Part shown: piece by piece, positions 10,871 through 21,680 of the stretch | Numbering within the stretch: position 1 is the first letter of the stretch | Layout of the letters: each line of letters starts with the position of its first letter | NCBI GenBank assembly: GCA_036400975.1 | Contig: DASWWL010000110.1 | Coordinates: 8,550 to 72,549, forward strand | DNA: 64,000 nt | Source of the DNA: Novosphingobium sp. | GTDB lineage: Bacteria; Pseudomonadota; Alphaproteobacteria; Sphingomonadales; Sphingomonadaceae | Direction of reading: 5' to 3' | Program-made: the position numbers and the translations under genes | Notes under the pieces: model-generated | Told to the model about the DNA's origin: nothing | Database searches by the model: none | Seen by the model: the letters and a program-made list of their open reading frames with translations, nothing else

Positions 10871-11041
10871 AGACCCTCCCCCTGTGTTCGGGCGGTCTCT
10901 TGCGTGGTCGTCCGGCTTGAATTCAATCCGGACGGTGCAGAGTCGCCCCACGGAAAGCCAATGGCGAATGGTACAGCCAATTGGACAAGAAGGAAAGTAA
11001 ACTACGTCGCAGGGCGCTGCGATCAATTCAGGGGGTAATAA

Positions 11042-12679
11042 CTAGCGATAGATTTCAAAATACTGCGTTTCGCCGATTTTGGTGAAATGCGTGCGTGCAT
11101 AGGCGGCCAGGGGATATCGGAAACTGGTCGGCGACGGTGTCAGTTTCCTGGCGATCAGTGCGGTTTCGTATTTGGCGACAATAATCGACAGTCTGCCTCG
11201 CTGTGCGTTCATGGCGCCGATCGCGCGGTCCCGCAGTCGCGGAGATCCGAGCTCGATCCATTGCGGCCAGTCGACGGGCAACGGATTGCCCTGATCGGCG
11301 GCGGCCCACCAGCCGGCGAAATCGGGCTGGATCGTATAGGGCTTTCCCGCCTCGGCTATCGCCGCCTGCAAGTCTCGCATGACGAGATAGGTGTTCCGAT
11401 CGACGAGCAGCCCCCTGCCGCCAGGCAAGATACCATCGAGACGCCAGACAAGTTCGCTCGCCGGCCGCTCCAGATAGACATATTTCAGACGCGCCTTGTC
11501 GAAGTTCCAAAGGCACAGCAGCGTCAATCCGACGACGATCGCAGAGGCGGACGATCTTATGGCGCGCGGGCTGGCGGAGGTGGCGAAATAGAGCGCAAGC
11601 AGAACCGTAGCGGACAAGCCCGCCGCCAGGGCCGGCGTATTATAGCCGATCGACAGTGCGGTGCACCATGCCGCCGCCACGGCAACCAGCCCCAATCGCC
11701 AATGCGCCCTGTTCCGGGCCGGGTCTGCGGCCAGTCCCAGGGTCGTGCCGCAGGCAAGCCCGAACAGGCCGAACGCCGGCGCGCCGATATAGCGGCCCGC
11801 AGTCATCGCGAAACCCGCTTCGGCCAACAGCAGCGCCACAACCGCCAATCCACAAAGCGAGAGTACCGGCGCATCGCCATGCTGCGAGGGCGCTTTCAGC
11901 AGGATGGCCATCAACAAACCGATCACCGCGCCCGCCGCATAGGCAGGTTCCCACAGGTATTTTAAAAACCCCGGCGTGATCATGTCGCCTTGAGTGGTGA
12001 GTTGCAGCCAGGCGTCACCCGCGCCGCCCGAAAGCACCACGATCAAGGCATAGATCATCGGCGCGGCGAGGACGGCCAGCGCCGCAAGTCCGCGCTGACG
12101 CTGCTCGAACAGAAGAACGATCAGAGGCGGACAGAACAGGAAGTTCTGCTTGCACAATATCGCCGCGCCCATCAGCCCGTAGCCCACGAACCTTGCAGCA
12201 CCCCTGTCGGCGACACAAATGGCGAAACCGGCCGTCAACAGGAATAGCCCGTCTATGGTGTGCCAGGCCATGACCGGGAAATAATGCGCCGAAAGCGCAA
12301 AGCCGGTCAGCCCCACGCAGATCCTGATCGACGGCGACAACTCCACCTCGAGAACGCGCGCGGAGATGCCTGTCCATGACCATGCGATGAAGGCCAGCTG
12401 TACCCATACGAAATAACGCGAAATCAAATAAATGTGGTCGCCGCCGAAGGCCACGAACGGTGCATGCAGGTAGCACGAACCGGCAAGATGGATCGCGGTG
12501 AAATCGAGGTGCGGGATCTGCCCGCCCAGGACGCGCCGCGCGCAGGCCAGAACGAATCCGTCGTCGGTGGGATTGAAGCCGAATGCCGAATACCGCCACT
12601 GCGCCAGCCCGCTAACTGCTGCGATGAAGAATGCCGGCATCAGCCGGCTGAGAAGATCGCTGGGCCTTCGGGCGTTCAT
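11042..12679 (-). CDS. Polytopic membrane protein, GT-C-fold glycosyltransferase-like
   Basis: Many hydrophobic helices plus soluble C-terminal domain; first loop PTDDG...GQIPHLDF resembles GT-C acidic motifs; GAGG RBS before MNARR. Confidence 0.55.
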   Translation of the reverse strand: MNARRPSDLLSRLMPAFFIAAVSGLAQWRYSAFGFNPTDDGFVLACARRVLGGQIPHLDFTAIHLAGSCYLHAPFVAFGGDHIYLISRYFVWVQLAFIAWSWTGISARVLEVELSPSIRICVGLTGFALSAHYFPVMAWHTIDGLFLLTAGFAICVADRGAARFVGYGLMGAAILCKQNFLFCPPLIVLLFEQRQRGLAALAVLAAPMIYALIVVLSGGAGDAWLQLTTQGDMITPGFLKYLWEPAYAAGAVIGLLMAILLKAPSQHGDAPVLSLCGLAVVALLLAEAGFAMTAGRYIGAPAFGLFGLACGTTLGLAADPARNRAHWRLGLVAVAAAWCTALSIGYNTPALAAGLSATVLLALYFATSASPRAIRSSASAIVVGLTLLCLWNFDKARLKYVYLERPASELVWRLDGILPGGRGLLVDRNTYLVMRDLQAAIAEAGKPYTIQPDFAGWWAAADQGNPLPVDWPQWIELGSPRLRDRAIGAMNAQRGRLSIIVAKYETALIARKLTPSPTSFRYPLAAYARTHFTKIGETQYFEIYR

Positions 12680-12690
12680 CGGACTATCCT

Positions 12691-13032
12691 CTAAGGCCGT
12701 TGCTGGAGTTCGATCAAAAGTTCGGGCGTGATGTCTTCGCTGACGGACTGGCCGGCCCAGGTGGCGTAATCGCGAATGGCCGCGCGTGTCTTGGCGCCGG
12801 TCTTGCCGTCGATGACGCCAGGATCGAAGCCGCGCGCGAAGAGGGCTTCCTGAACGCGATAAACCAGGTCCTGCCGAACCACTCCGGGATCGGGCATGAA
12901 ATAGAGCGGTGGATAGCCGGGCACGCCCAGCGGCTGATCTGGGGCGCAGGTTGCAAACTGGCCAAGCTCGAAAACGACAGGCGCCGCCAGGATGAGCAGT
13001 GCCCGCCGGGCGCTTCTCGTCTCGCTCAGCAT
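12691..13032 (-). CDS. Small peptidoglycan-binding domain protein with N-terminal hydrophobic segment
   Basis: RVQEALFARGFDPGVIDGKTGAKTRAAIRDY matches the PG_binding_1 pattern; overlaps the upstream gene's end by 7 nt. Confidence 0.8.
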   Translation of the reverse strand: MLSETRSARRALLILAAPVVFELGQFATCAPDQPLGVPGYPPLYFMPDPGVVRQDLVYRVQEALFARGFDPGVIDGKTGAKTRAAIRDYATWAGQSVSEDITPELLIELQQRP

Positions 13033-15932
13033 TTGTGCGCACCCCGCACCGCCGGCAGCGCATCGGTGCCGACGATTTCCAGACCGTTCGCGGCACCGAT
13101 GCGACAGACCAGCAACCGGGCGGCGGCCAGATCATAAGGCGGTCTGGCAAGGAAATTGAGCAACAGGTGGCTGTCGTAGACATCCCGGCGCTGCGGCAGC
13201 GGCCAGAAATCTCGCACCCGCCACAACCTGAGATCGCCGTGCGATCCGCCCGAGGCCAGCATCCGCCCGTCGGGGCTGAACCGTGCCGTCAGGGCAAAGT
13301 CGCGGTGCCCGGTCAGGAAGGCAACCAGCCTGCCTTTCCTGACATCCCATAAACGCAAGGTCTGGCGATCGTTGCTCTGCGATCCAGACGCAAGCAAGGC
13401 GCCATCCGGGCTGAACGCAAGCGTCCAGACCATAAACCCGTGGTGGCCCATCAGATCAGCCCGCGGACGGCAGGCATGAGCGGCAAGGCAAGCCCTGACG
13501 TTCCAGAACTTTATCCGGCCATCGCCGCCGCCGGAAACCAGACTGCCGTCATCGGGGGAAAATGCGACAGGCCTTGCCGCTTCGGAATGGCCGGACAGCA
13601 CCGCTGCGGGAGGCATCCGCCCGGTCGGATCGGCCGACTCCACGGCCCAAAGCCTTACCGCGTGATCATTGCTTGCGGAGGCGATCAGGCGGCCGTCGGA
13701 AGAGAAAGCCACGCCGCCCACCGCATCCGAATCCTGCCTGAGTTGGCCAAGGAAGCGCAAATCCGGCAGCGACCACAGCTTGACGGACTTGTCCCAACTG
13801 GCGGTCGCCAGAGTCTTTCCGTCACGGGATATCGCCAGATCGAAGATCCAGCGATCATGGCCCGGCACCGGCCCCTTTGCGATCCTGCGTCGCCGCCAGT
13901 CCCAGACGACGATCCTTCCGTCGCGCCCCGCCGATACGAGGAATTCTCCGTTGGGCGCAAACGCCAGGGCGCGGACAGCGTCGGCATGCGCGCCGGGCAG
14001 TGGACCGGGCAGAGGCTGCAGCGTCGATGCGTTCCACAGGCGAATGGCCTTGTCATCGCCCGCGCTCGCAAGGACTGTACCGCCCGGATCCCATGCCACC
14101 GCCCGCACCGCGCCGGAGTGGGCGGCGGTGGAGACGAAATCGAAAGGACGAGGAAGCGTCCAGGCTTGCAGGACGTGATCCTCGGAACTCGCGGAGAGCA
14201 AGGAACGGCCGCCATTGGCGAAAGCGAGATCGACAATCGGTCGTGCATGGGCGTTCAGGGTCGCGACGCGGTCCATCGACGTCACATCCCACAGGCTTAC
14301 GCTCCAGTCGTCGCTGCCGCTGGCCAACAGGCGGCTGTCAGGGCTGAAGGCCAAGGCTCCGACCAGGCGCTGATGGCCGGTCAGCACTTCGTCCGGCTGT
14401 TTATCGCGAAGACTGGAAAGGCGGATGGTACTGTCGAACAACCCCACCGCCATCCAGCGCCCGTCGGGGCTGAATGCCAGGGATTCCGGCGCCTCGGCAT
14501 ATGTTCTGACGGGGCCGTCCGACTTGCCGCTGGCGCTGTCCCACAGCATCAGGGTCTTACCGCCTCGCCCATCGGCGACCGCGCCCAGCTTGTGGCCGTC
14601 GGGGCTGAAAGCCAGGTCGTGAAAGTAGTTCTGGCCCTCGCCCAGCAGCCGAACCGGCCCCTGGACTGCGGAATTCTTTCCGATATCCCATATCCGGACC
14701 CCGAAGCCGTCTCCGGCTGCCGCCAGCCTCTCCTCACCGGAAGCAAAAGCGACCTTGCGTATCGGCGGGCCGCCAGTCTGCAGCAAAGCGGGAGCACCCG
14801 CGCCCCTGGACCAGAGCGCCACTGTCCCGTTGCGCGAACCTGCCGCGACCAGCCCCCCATTCGTCAGCGCCAGAGTAGCGATCGGCCCGGATTTCGACCG
14901 GAGGACTCTCAAAGGCCTGGAATCCTTCGCCGTTGCCATGACGATGGTCCCGTCGCCGCGCGACCAGGCAATGAATTCGCCATTCGGCGATGCGGCGAAT
15001 GCACCGGCGAAATCGGATTCGGTCAGCCGCCGCCCGGCAACGGTGCTGGTCGATATGGACCTGACGAAGTCCTTCTTGCGCTCAAGCTCAGGATTGCCAC
15101 CGGAACCCGTGCCAGCCAGTTCGCCAGCCATCAGGCCATATTGTATCCAGGCTGCCCCATAAAGCGCGGCCGAACGATCGTCGTTCTGTTGGGCCGCGGC
15201 CTGCGCCTTCTGGAACATCAGTTGTGCCAGACGCGTATTCTGGCGCTGTTCGGCCAGTAGCGTCTGCTGGTGTCCCTGATACCAGATGCTGCCGATTACC
15301 GCGAGAACGAGCGCCGCCGCCGTCATGGCCAGGATATTGCGAGTTGTCCGGCGCCGCTGCTCGCGTCGCATCAGATCATCGAAATTCACGCCGAGCACAC
15401 CGGCTATCAGCTTCATCTTGGCGCGGTGCAGGCCATCTCCGCCCTTGCGCAAATCGGCCGCGATCGGCTCCGCCCGCTGCGCGCCAAGCGTACCGGACGG
15501 GGTGACGTCGTACCGGATCGCTTCAGGAAAGCACTCGATCTCGCCAAGCTCGGGTTTGTCGGATGCGTTCGGTTCACCGGAAACGATGAGGCATAGAACG
15601 CGGTCGGCGCCGCCCGCCATCTTGAACCGTCTTATTTCCTCGTTGACCCATCTCGAAACCGCCGCGTGCGGCGAACAGATGACGATCAGGTATCTCGAGT
15701 TCTGCAGGGCCTCGCCGATGTTCTGCGACAGGCTGGAGGAAGTAGGCAATTCCTCGCGGTCGATGAAGACCGGGCTGATCCGTTCGGGAACGCTGCCATC
15801 CCGGCTGGGCAATCCGACCAGTCGGCGAGGAACGCGATATCTCTCCAGAGCCGCGTGGAGCCATCGCCCCCACCGGGCATCATGGTGACTGTAGCTGACG
15901 AATGCCCAGTATTTCGGTGAAGATTTCACCAA
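13026..15932 (-). CDS. TIR domain - transmembrane helix - WD40 repeat protein (about 14 repeats)
   Basis: AFVSYSH, FIDREEL, SRYLIVICSP, WVNEEI TIR motifs; hydrophobic ILAMTAAALVLAVIGSIWY; 14 repeats of the LAFSPDG...WD type; TTG start with G-rich RBS. Confidence 0.9.
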   Translation of the reverse strand: MVKSSPKYWAFVSYSHHDARWGRWLHAALERYRVPRRLVGLPSRDGSVPERISPVFIDREELPTSSSLSQNIGEALQNSRYLIVICSPHAAVSRWVNEEIRRFKMAGGADRVLCLIVSGEPNASDKPELGEIECFPEAIRYDVTPSGTLGAQRAEPIAADLRKGGDGLHRAKMKLIAGVLGVNFDDLMRREQRRRTTRNILAMTAAALVLAVIGSIWYQGHQQTLLAEQRQNTRLAQLMFQKAQAAAQQNDDRSAALYGAAWIQYGLMAGELAGTGSGGNPELERKKDFVRSISTSTVAGRRLTESDFAGAFAASPNGEFIAWSRGDGTIVMATAKDSRPLRVLRSKSGPIATLALTNGGLVAAGSRNGTVALWSRGAGAPALLQTGGPPIRKVAFASGEERLAAAGDGFGVRIWDIGKNSAVQGPVRLLGEGQNYFHDLAFSPDGHKLGAVADGRGGKTLMLWDSASGKSDGPVRTYAEAPESLAFSPDGRWMAVGLFDSTIRLSSLRDKQPDEVLTGHQRLVGALAFSPDSRLLASGSDDWSVSLWDVTSMDRVATLNAHARPIVDLAFANGGRSLLSASSEDHVLQAWTLPRPFDFVSTAAHSGAVRAVAWDPGGTVLASAGDDKAIRLWNASTLQPLPGPLPGAHADAVRALAFAPNGEFLVSAGRDGRIVVWDWRRRRIAKGPVPGHDRWIFDLAISRDGKTLATASWDKSVKLWSLPDLRFLGQLRQDSDAVGGVAFSSDGRLIASASNDHAVRLWAVESADPTGRMPPAAVLSGHSEAARPVAFSPDDGSLVSGGGDGRIKFWNVRACLAAHACRPRADLMGHHGFMVWTLAFSPDGALLASGSQSNDRQTLRLWDVRKGRLVAFLTGHRDFALTARFSPDGRMLASGGSHGDLRLWRVRDFWPLPQRRDVYDSHLLLNFLARPPYDLAAARLLVCRIGAANGLEIVGTDALPAVRGAHKC

Positions 15933-16279
15933 TCGCGTCCCCCAACGCTCCCCCCATGCCGTGGATAGCCGCGTTTGGCGCCAGGAGATACCGGCTAATT
16001 CCGGAGACAGAAAGCTATCGCCCGACTTCCTGCGGCACAGACGGAACGCGCGCGGTCAAGCCTCAGGCCGGCCTATGCTCATCTGCCGGCGTCGCCGCAT
16101 ATTCGGCATTCGGCGCCATATAGCGCCCAACAATTTCTTGGCGTACGGGAAAGACCTTTTTCTTTCAATCTCAATTGATATGATAGAGATTGTCGATGCG
16201 AGGACACGCGGCGAACATCGCCGCAACCTTCGCATCAACTCGCTGCCGCGGCGTACCGGTGGCCCTTGGACGCGAAACG

Positions 16280-17257
16280 ATGACTGAAAACCTGTCCGAT
16301 TCAAACACCGCGCCAGCCGAAGATTTCTGGCAGGTAGAAGACATCGTCGCCAAACTCCGCGACATTCGCAGGCGCTGGCGATCCGCGAACGCCTGCCACG
16401 CCGAATACGGCGCGGAAGGATTTCCCTCGCGCCTGCGATTGACGAAAGTAACCGAGGAACTGGCCGGCGTCCTGTTTCCGCTCCGCCTGGGGCCCCATCA
16501 CGTTCGGCTGCACAACGAGGACATTTTCGTCACGCAATCCTTGCAGATCGCGCTTTCGCGGCTGCACGCCCAATTACGCCTCGAACTGACTTATGCGCAT
16601 AGGACGGCGACAAGCGCCGAGATCGACCGGCGCGCCAGTGCAATAGCCGTCGCGTTTGCGCATCAGCTTCCGGAAGTGCGCGTCATTATCGATACGGACA
16701 TCGAGGCGGCCTTTCGGGGAGATCCGTCAGCACGCAGTTTCGACGAAGTATTGATTTGCTACCCGGGCCTGCTGGCGATCATTCATCACCGTCTGGCACA
16801 TCGCCTGCATCTACTGGGTGCACCGCTGGTGGCGCGGATCATCTCGGAAATCGCGCACAGCCGTACCGGGATCGATATCCATCCAGGCGCGCAAATCGGC
16901 GAAAGCTTCTTCATCGATCACGGCACCGGCGTCGTGATCGGCGAGACGGCGATTGTCGGCAAGAACGTGCGTCTTTACCAGGGCGTCACCCTGGGCGCGA
17001 AAAGCTTTCCGCAGGAAGCGGACGGATCGCTGGTGAAAGCAATTCCGAGACATCCGATCATCGAGGACGATGTGGTCATCTATTCGGGTGCGACGATCCT
17101 CGGCCGCGTGACCGTTGGGGCGAACAGCGAAATCGGCGGTAATGTCTGGCTGACGCATGACGTACCGCGTCGCAGCCGGGTGCTGCAGGCGCGAGAGCAG
17201 AACCTTGTGACCCTGGAACAGATTCCCGAAGCAAGCTTCGCGACGGAATTACGGTAA
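16280..17257 (+). CDS. cysE: Serine O-acetyltransferase (EpsC/CysE type)
   Basis: GDPSARSFDEVLICYPG, TGIDIHPGAQIG, FIDHGTGVVIGETA, RHPIIED. Confidence 0.92.
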   Translation: MTENLSDSNTAPAEDFWQVEDIVAKLRDIRRRWRSANACHAEYGAEGFPSRLRLTKVTEELAGVLFPLRLGPHHVRLHNEDIFVTQSLQIALSRLHAQLRLELTYAHRTATSAEIDRRASAIAVAFAHQLPEVRVIIDTDIEAAFRGDPSARSFDEVLICYPGLLAIIHHRLAHRLHLLGAPLVARIISEIAHSRTGIDIHPGAQIGESFFIDHGTGVVIGETAIVGKNVRLYQGVTLGAKSFPQEADGSLVKAIPRHPIIEDDVVIYSGATILGRVTVGANSEIGGNVWLTHDVPRRSRVLQAREQNLVTLEQIPEASFATELR

Positions 17258-17437
17258 CGGCGTCCGATTTGTATTTTGCCTCCCCGGCGACAACGGCGAA
17301 GGGTGCCCTTGCGCACCTCGCGTCATGGAAAAAGTGTCGCCAGGGTTGCGCATCCGGGCTTTCCTACAGCCCCTGAAAGAGCGAAGATCGGCCCGCTCTT
17401 TCCCATAGACACATCTCATTGATATATAATAATAATC

Positions 17438-17596
17438 TTACCAGAACGCGGACTCATGCTTCTTCACGTTCCATACGCCATACGCGTGACCTTCGCGAAG
17501 TTCCGCCGCATGAATGACCTTCCTGAACACCGTCGACTTCATCACTTGCACACCCGGTCCATTCGGACGCTCCGGGGTTTCGATCGATATGAACAT
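17438..17596 (-). CDS. Candidate 52-aa small protein (below the ORF-track cutoff)
   Basis: Hand translation MFISIETPERPNGPGVQVMKSTVFRKVIHAAELREGHAYGVWNVKKHESAFW*; fills an otherwise empty gap; weak RBS. Confidence 0.4.
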   Translation of the reverse strand: MFISIETPERPNGPGVQVMKSTVFRKVIHAAELREGHAYGVWNVKKHESAFW

Positions 17597-17844
17597 CACC
17601 CAGCTCTAGTCATTTTTGGTTCGCACCGGTGAGCGGACACTCCCTCATACGGAAAGTCACACCTTGCGCCGCGCGGAATCGGCACGAATCAGATCGTGGC
17701 ACGTCAGGAAACCTGATTATGTCCTGTAAAATCATATTCTTGAAATTACAGGCAAGGGGCGCCGGAAAGACATCGGGGAGCCGAAATCACAGAGTTTCAC
17801 TGCCCGTTCAGCATCAACTTCGGGGCGGTGAAACGCCCGGCCGG

Positions 17845-18762
17845 CTATTCCCCGATCTGGTGATCGCCACGCCCGAAATCGGGCCGCGCATCGTCCTGTC
17901 CCTCGGCGATGATCGAGCGGCGGATGGCGCGAGTGCGGGTGAAATGCTCGAACAGCTTCTGTTCGTCGCCCACCCGGATCGCCCGCTGCAGGCCGGTGAG
18001 ATCCTCGGTGAAGCGCTGGAGCATTTCCAGCACCGCATCCTTGTTCGCCATGAACACGTCGCGCCACATCGTCGGGTCGGATGCCGCGATGCGCGTGAAG
18101 TCGCGAAAACCGCCAGCGGAATACTTGATGACCTCGCTCTGCGTCACTTCCTCCAGATCGGAAGCGGTGCCGACGATAGTGTAGGCGATCAGGTGCGGCA
18201 GATGGCTCGTGACCGCGAGGACAAGATCGTGATGCTGCGCATTCATGATCTCGACATTCGCGCCCAGCGCTTCCCAGAACGCCACCAGTCCGCTCAACAG
18301 CACGAGGTCGGTCGGATCGGGCGGCGTAATGATGCACCAGCGGTTCTGGAACAGCGAGGCGAAGCCGGCGTCCGGGCCGGAATTTTCCGTGCCGGCGACA
18401 GGATGCGCGGGGATCACCGTGTGGTTCGGCAGGGCGTCGCCCAGCGCGCGGGCAATCGACTGCTTGCAACTGCCGACGTCGCTGACGAGTGCGGTGGCGG
18501 GCAAGACTTCGGCGATCTCGGCTGCGGCCTGGCCCATCGCGCCCGGCGGCACGCAGAAGATCACGAGATCGGCTTCGCGCACCGCGTCGGCGGCGGTTTC
18601 GTGCACGATATCAACCAGCCCGCGCTCCGCCGCGCGCAGCCGCGTGGCGGGATCGCGATCGTACCCGGTGGTCATAGCATTCGGCAGATGCGCACGCACG
18701 GCCAGCCCGATCGAGCCGCCAAGCAGGCCAAGGCCGATGATGGCGATGCGCTGGAAGCTCAT
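17845..18762 (-). CDS. tyrA: Prephenate/arogenate dehydrogenase
   Basis: GLGLLGGS Rossmann motif, [29 protein letters not shown]. Confidence 0.94.
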   Translation of the reverse strand: MSFQRIAIIGLGLLGGSIGLAVRAHLPNAMTTGYDRDPATRLRAAERGLVDIVHETAADAVREADLVIFCVPPGAMGQAAAEIAEVLPATALVSDVGSCKQSIARALGDALPNHTVIPAHPVAGTENSGPDAGFASLFQNRWCIITPPDPTDLVLLSGLVAFWEALGANVEIMNAQHHDLVLAVTSHLPHLIAYTIVGTASDLEEVTQSEVIKYSAGGFRDFTRIAASDPTMWRDVFMANKDAVLEMLQRFTEDLTGLQRAIRVGDEQKLFEHFTRTRAIRRSIIAEGQDDARPDFGRGDHQIGE

Positions 18763-19859
18763 TTCGCCGCTTCCGCCATTTCGCGCAGGCCTGCGGCGAT
18801 CGCGTCCATCTGTTCGGCAGTGCCTATGGTGATGCGCAAGCCGTGCGGCAGGCCTTGCCCCGGCAGCCAACGGGTGATGTACCCGCGCTCGGCAAGGCCG
18901 TTATATGCCGCCTCGCCCGAAAGCTTGCCCTCGAACAGGACGAGGACGAAGTTCGCCTCGCTCGGCACGGCGCGCAGGCCGTGATTGCCCAGAGCCTCGA
19001 TCGCGGCGACGAAGCGCGCGCGTTCCGCCATGTTGTGGCGGCGCGACATCTCGACGAAGGCCTGGTCCTCGACCGCCGCAACCGTGGTCGCCTGCGCGGT
19101 GTTGTTGAGGTTGAAAGGGCCGCGAATGCGGTTGAGCACTTCGATCACCTCGGTCGCCCCCGTCGCCCAGCCGACCCGCTCCCCGGCAAGGCCGTACGCC
19201 TTGGAAAACGTCCGCGTCACCAGGACATTGCCGTGCGCAGCGGCAAGCGCAAGGCCGCCGTCGTCGTCCTCCGGCGCAACGTATTCGGCATAGGCCTGAT
19301 CGAGCACCAACAGCACGTCGCCGGGCAGACCGGCGTGCAACCGCGCGATCTCGCCGCGCGGCAGGAAACTACCCGTCGGGTTGTTAGGGTTCGCGACGAA
19401 GACGAGCCGCGTCTTCTCGTTCACCAGCGCCAGCAGCGCATCGACATCGGTGCCGTAGTCGGCATCGGGCGCGATCACGGGCGTCGCACCGCAGCGCCGG
19501 GCGACGATCTCGTAAAGGGAAAAACCGTAGCGGACGTAAAGGATCTCATCCCCCGGCCCGGCATAGGCGCTGGCGGCGACGCCGAGCAGTTCGCCCGAGC
19601 CCGTGCCGCAGAGTATCCGCGCGGGATCAATGCCGTGCAGAGCGCCCAGCGCGGCGCGCAGCGCATTGCTGTCCGGATCGGGATAAAGCGAGGGCGGAAC
19701 TGCATCGCCGCGCGCGGCCAATGCCTTCGTGCTGGTGCCGAGCGGATTCTCGTTCGCCGACAGCTTGATCAGCGGCCGGCCGTCCTTGCCGGCGGACTTG
19801 CCGGGGACATAGGCATGGATCGCGCTGATCCAGGGTTTGGGGATAAGTATCTGAGCCAT
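18759..19859 (-). CDS. hisC: Histidinol-phosphate aminotransferase
   Basis: [40 protein letters not shown]. Confidence 0.95.
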   Translation of the reverse strand: MAQILIPKPWISAIHAYVPGKSAGKDGRPLIKLSANENPLGTSTKALAARGDAVPPSLYPDPDSNALRAALGALHGIDPARILCGTGSGELLGVAASAYAGPGDEILYVRYGFSLYEIVARRCGATPVIAPDADYGTDVDALLALVNEKTRLVFVANPNNPTGSFLPRGEIARLHAGLPGDVLLVLDQAYAEYVAPEDDDGGLALAAAHGNVLVTRTFSKAYGLAGERVGWATGATEVIEVLNRIRGPFNLNNTAQATTVAAVEDQAFVEMSRRHNMAERARFVAAIEALGNHGLRAVPSEANFVLVLFEGKLSGEAAYNGLAERGYITRWLPGQGLPHGLRITIGTAEQMDAIAAGLREMAEAAK

Positions 19860-19946
19860 CTCGGCGCTGGCCTTTAGCCGAGGCGGGACAGCTTTGACAG
19901 CCCGCGATTGACAGTGCGGCGGCGCTCCCCCAATTCGCGAAGCGCA

Positions 19947-21056
19947 ATGGCTACCGCCGCGATCATCACCACCAGCGACGTGCTGGAGCTTTCCGAGCCG
20001 CTTCTGCTCGATGGCGGGCAACGCCTCGAAGGCGTACGCATCGCCTACGAGACATACGGCACGCTGAGCGCGGCGCGCGACAACGCGATCCTCGTCTGCC
20101 ACGCGACCACCGGCGATCAGCATGTCGCCAGTCCGCACCCGATCACCGGCAAGCCGGGCTGGTGGGATCGCATGGTCGGCCCCGGAAAGCCGATCGACAC
20201 CGGTCGCTTCCACGTGATCTGCGCCAATGTGCTGGGCGGTTGCATGGGCTCCACCGGACCCGCCAGCCCCGCGCCGGACGGGCAGCCATATGGCATGCGC
20301 TTCCCCGTCATCACCATCCGCGACATGGTGCGCGCGCAAGTGGCGCTGCTGGCGGAGCTGGGCATCGGCCGGCTCTATGCCGTCGTCGGCGGATCGATGG
20401 GCGGGATGCAGGCGCTATCGATGGCGGCGGACTGGCCGCAGCTTGCCGAGCGCGTCCTCGTCATCGCCGCGACCGCGACGATGCCCGCGCAGAACATCGC
20501 CTTTCAGGAGCTTGGCCGGCAGGCGGTGATGGCGGACCCGGACTGGCAGGAGGGCAACTATTACGGCACGGGCAAGGCGCCCGATTCCGGCCTTGCCGTC
20601 GCACGGATGGCGGCGCACATCACATACCTTTCGGAAGCCAGCCTGACCGAGAAGTTCGGCCGCCGGCTGCAGGATCGCCAGGCGAAGAGCTTCGGCTTCG
20701 ATGCCGATTTCCAGATCGAGAGCTACTTGCGCCATCAGGGCCTGAGCTTCATCAGCCGCTTCGACGCCAACTCGTACCTCTATATCACCCGCGCCATGAG
20801 CTATTTCGACCTGGCCGAGGAGCATGGCGGCCGCCTGGCAGATGCTTTCGCCGGGACGACCGCGCGTTTCTGCGTGGTCAGCTTCGACACCGACTGGCTC
20901 TATCCCACCGAGCAGTCGCGCCGACTGGTCCATGCGCTGAGTGCCACCGGAGCGGCAGTCAGCTTCGTCGAGCTTTCGGCGCCTTTCGGCCATGACAGCT
21001 TCCTGCTCGACGTTCCGGCGCTCGACCGCGTGGTCACGGGGTTTCTCAGCCGGTGA
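19947..21056 (+). CDS. metX: Homoserine O-acetyltransferase
   Basis: GGSMGG nucleophile elbow, [16 protein letters not shown]. Confidence 0.95.
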   Translation: MATAAIITTSDVLELSEPLLLDGGQRLEGVRIAYETYGTLSAARDNAILVCHATTGDQHVASPHPITGKPGWWDRMVGPGKPIDTGRFHVICANVLGGCMGSTGPASPAPDGQPYGMRFPVITIRDMVRAQVALLAELGIGRLYAVVGGSMGGMQALSMAADWPQLAERVLVIAATATMPAQNIAFQELGRQAVMADPDWQEGNYYGTGKAPDSGLAVARMAAHITYLSEASLTEKFGRRLQDRQAKSFGFDADFQIESYLRHQGLSFISRFDANSYLYITRAMSYFDLAEEHGGRLADAFAGTTARFCVVSFDTDWLYPTEQSRRLVHALSATGAAVSFVELSAPFGHDSFLLDVPALDRVVTGFLSR

Positions 21057-21643
21057 GCGCTTTGAGAACCGACCTTGCCGTCATCGCCGGCCACGTCACT
21101 TCCGCCACACGGGTGCTGGATGTCGGCTGCGGCGACGGCACGCTGCTGGCGGCGCTGCGCGACGAACGCGGTTGCAACGTGCACGGCATGGAAATCGATC
21201 CCGCCAATGTCGCGAATTGCGTGGAAAAGGGACTTTCGGTCATTCAGGGCGATGCCGACAAGGATCTGGCCTTCTACCCCGACGGCGCGTTCGACTACGC
21301 GATCCTTAGCCAGACCCTGCAGACGACGATGCGCCCGGATCGCGTGCTGGAGGAACTGCTGCGCGTCGGCCGCCGCGCTTTCGTGAGCTTCCCCAACTTC
21401 GCGCACTGGCGGGTGCGCCTGTCGCTGCTGTGGGGCGGACGCATGCCGGTGACGCGGCTGCTGCCGGTGGCGTGGTACGAAACGCCGAACATCCATCACA
21501 TGACGGTAAACGATTTCCGCGCGCTCGTCGGCGAACGCGGCATCAAGGTCGAGCAGGCATGGTTCCTTGCCGGCGACAAGGGCACGAGCCCCGCCGCAGC
21601 GAACTTCCGCGCCGAACACGCAGTATTCCTGCTGTCGCGCTGA
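21053..21643 (+). CDS. metW: Methionine biosynthesis protein MetW
   Basis: [33 protein letters not shown]; GTGA overlap with metX. Confidence 0.93.
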   Translation: MSALRTDLAVIAGHVTSATRVLDVGCGDGTLLAALRDERGCNVHGMEIDPANVANCVEKGLSVIQGDADKDLAFYPDGAFDYAILSQTLQTTMRPDRVLEELLRVGRRAFVSFPNFAHWRVRLSLLWGGRMPVTRLLPVAWYETPNIHHMTVNDFRALVGERGIKVEQAWFLAGDKGTSPAAANFRAEHAVFLLSR

Positions 21644-21680
21644 ACGCCGCCCCGGACCATATCCGGGACGGCGCAGGACA

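Noticed and set aside
10981-11030. FNR/FixK box upstream of coxM
   Set aside because: Only an ATCAA half-site; the TTGAT half is absent.
13440-15260. 606-aa plus-strand ORF
   Set aside because: Antisense shadow of the WD40 gene in high-GC DNA; no motifs.
19860-19946. SAM-II riboswitch upstream of metX
   Set aside because: Gap is short, core motif absent; the GCTAAAG match is on the wrong strand.
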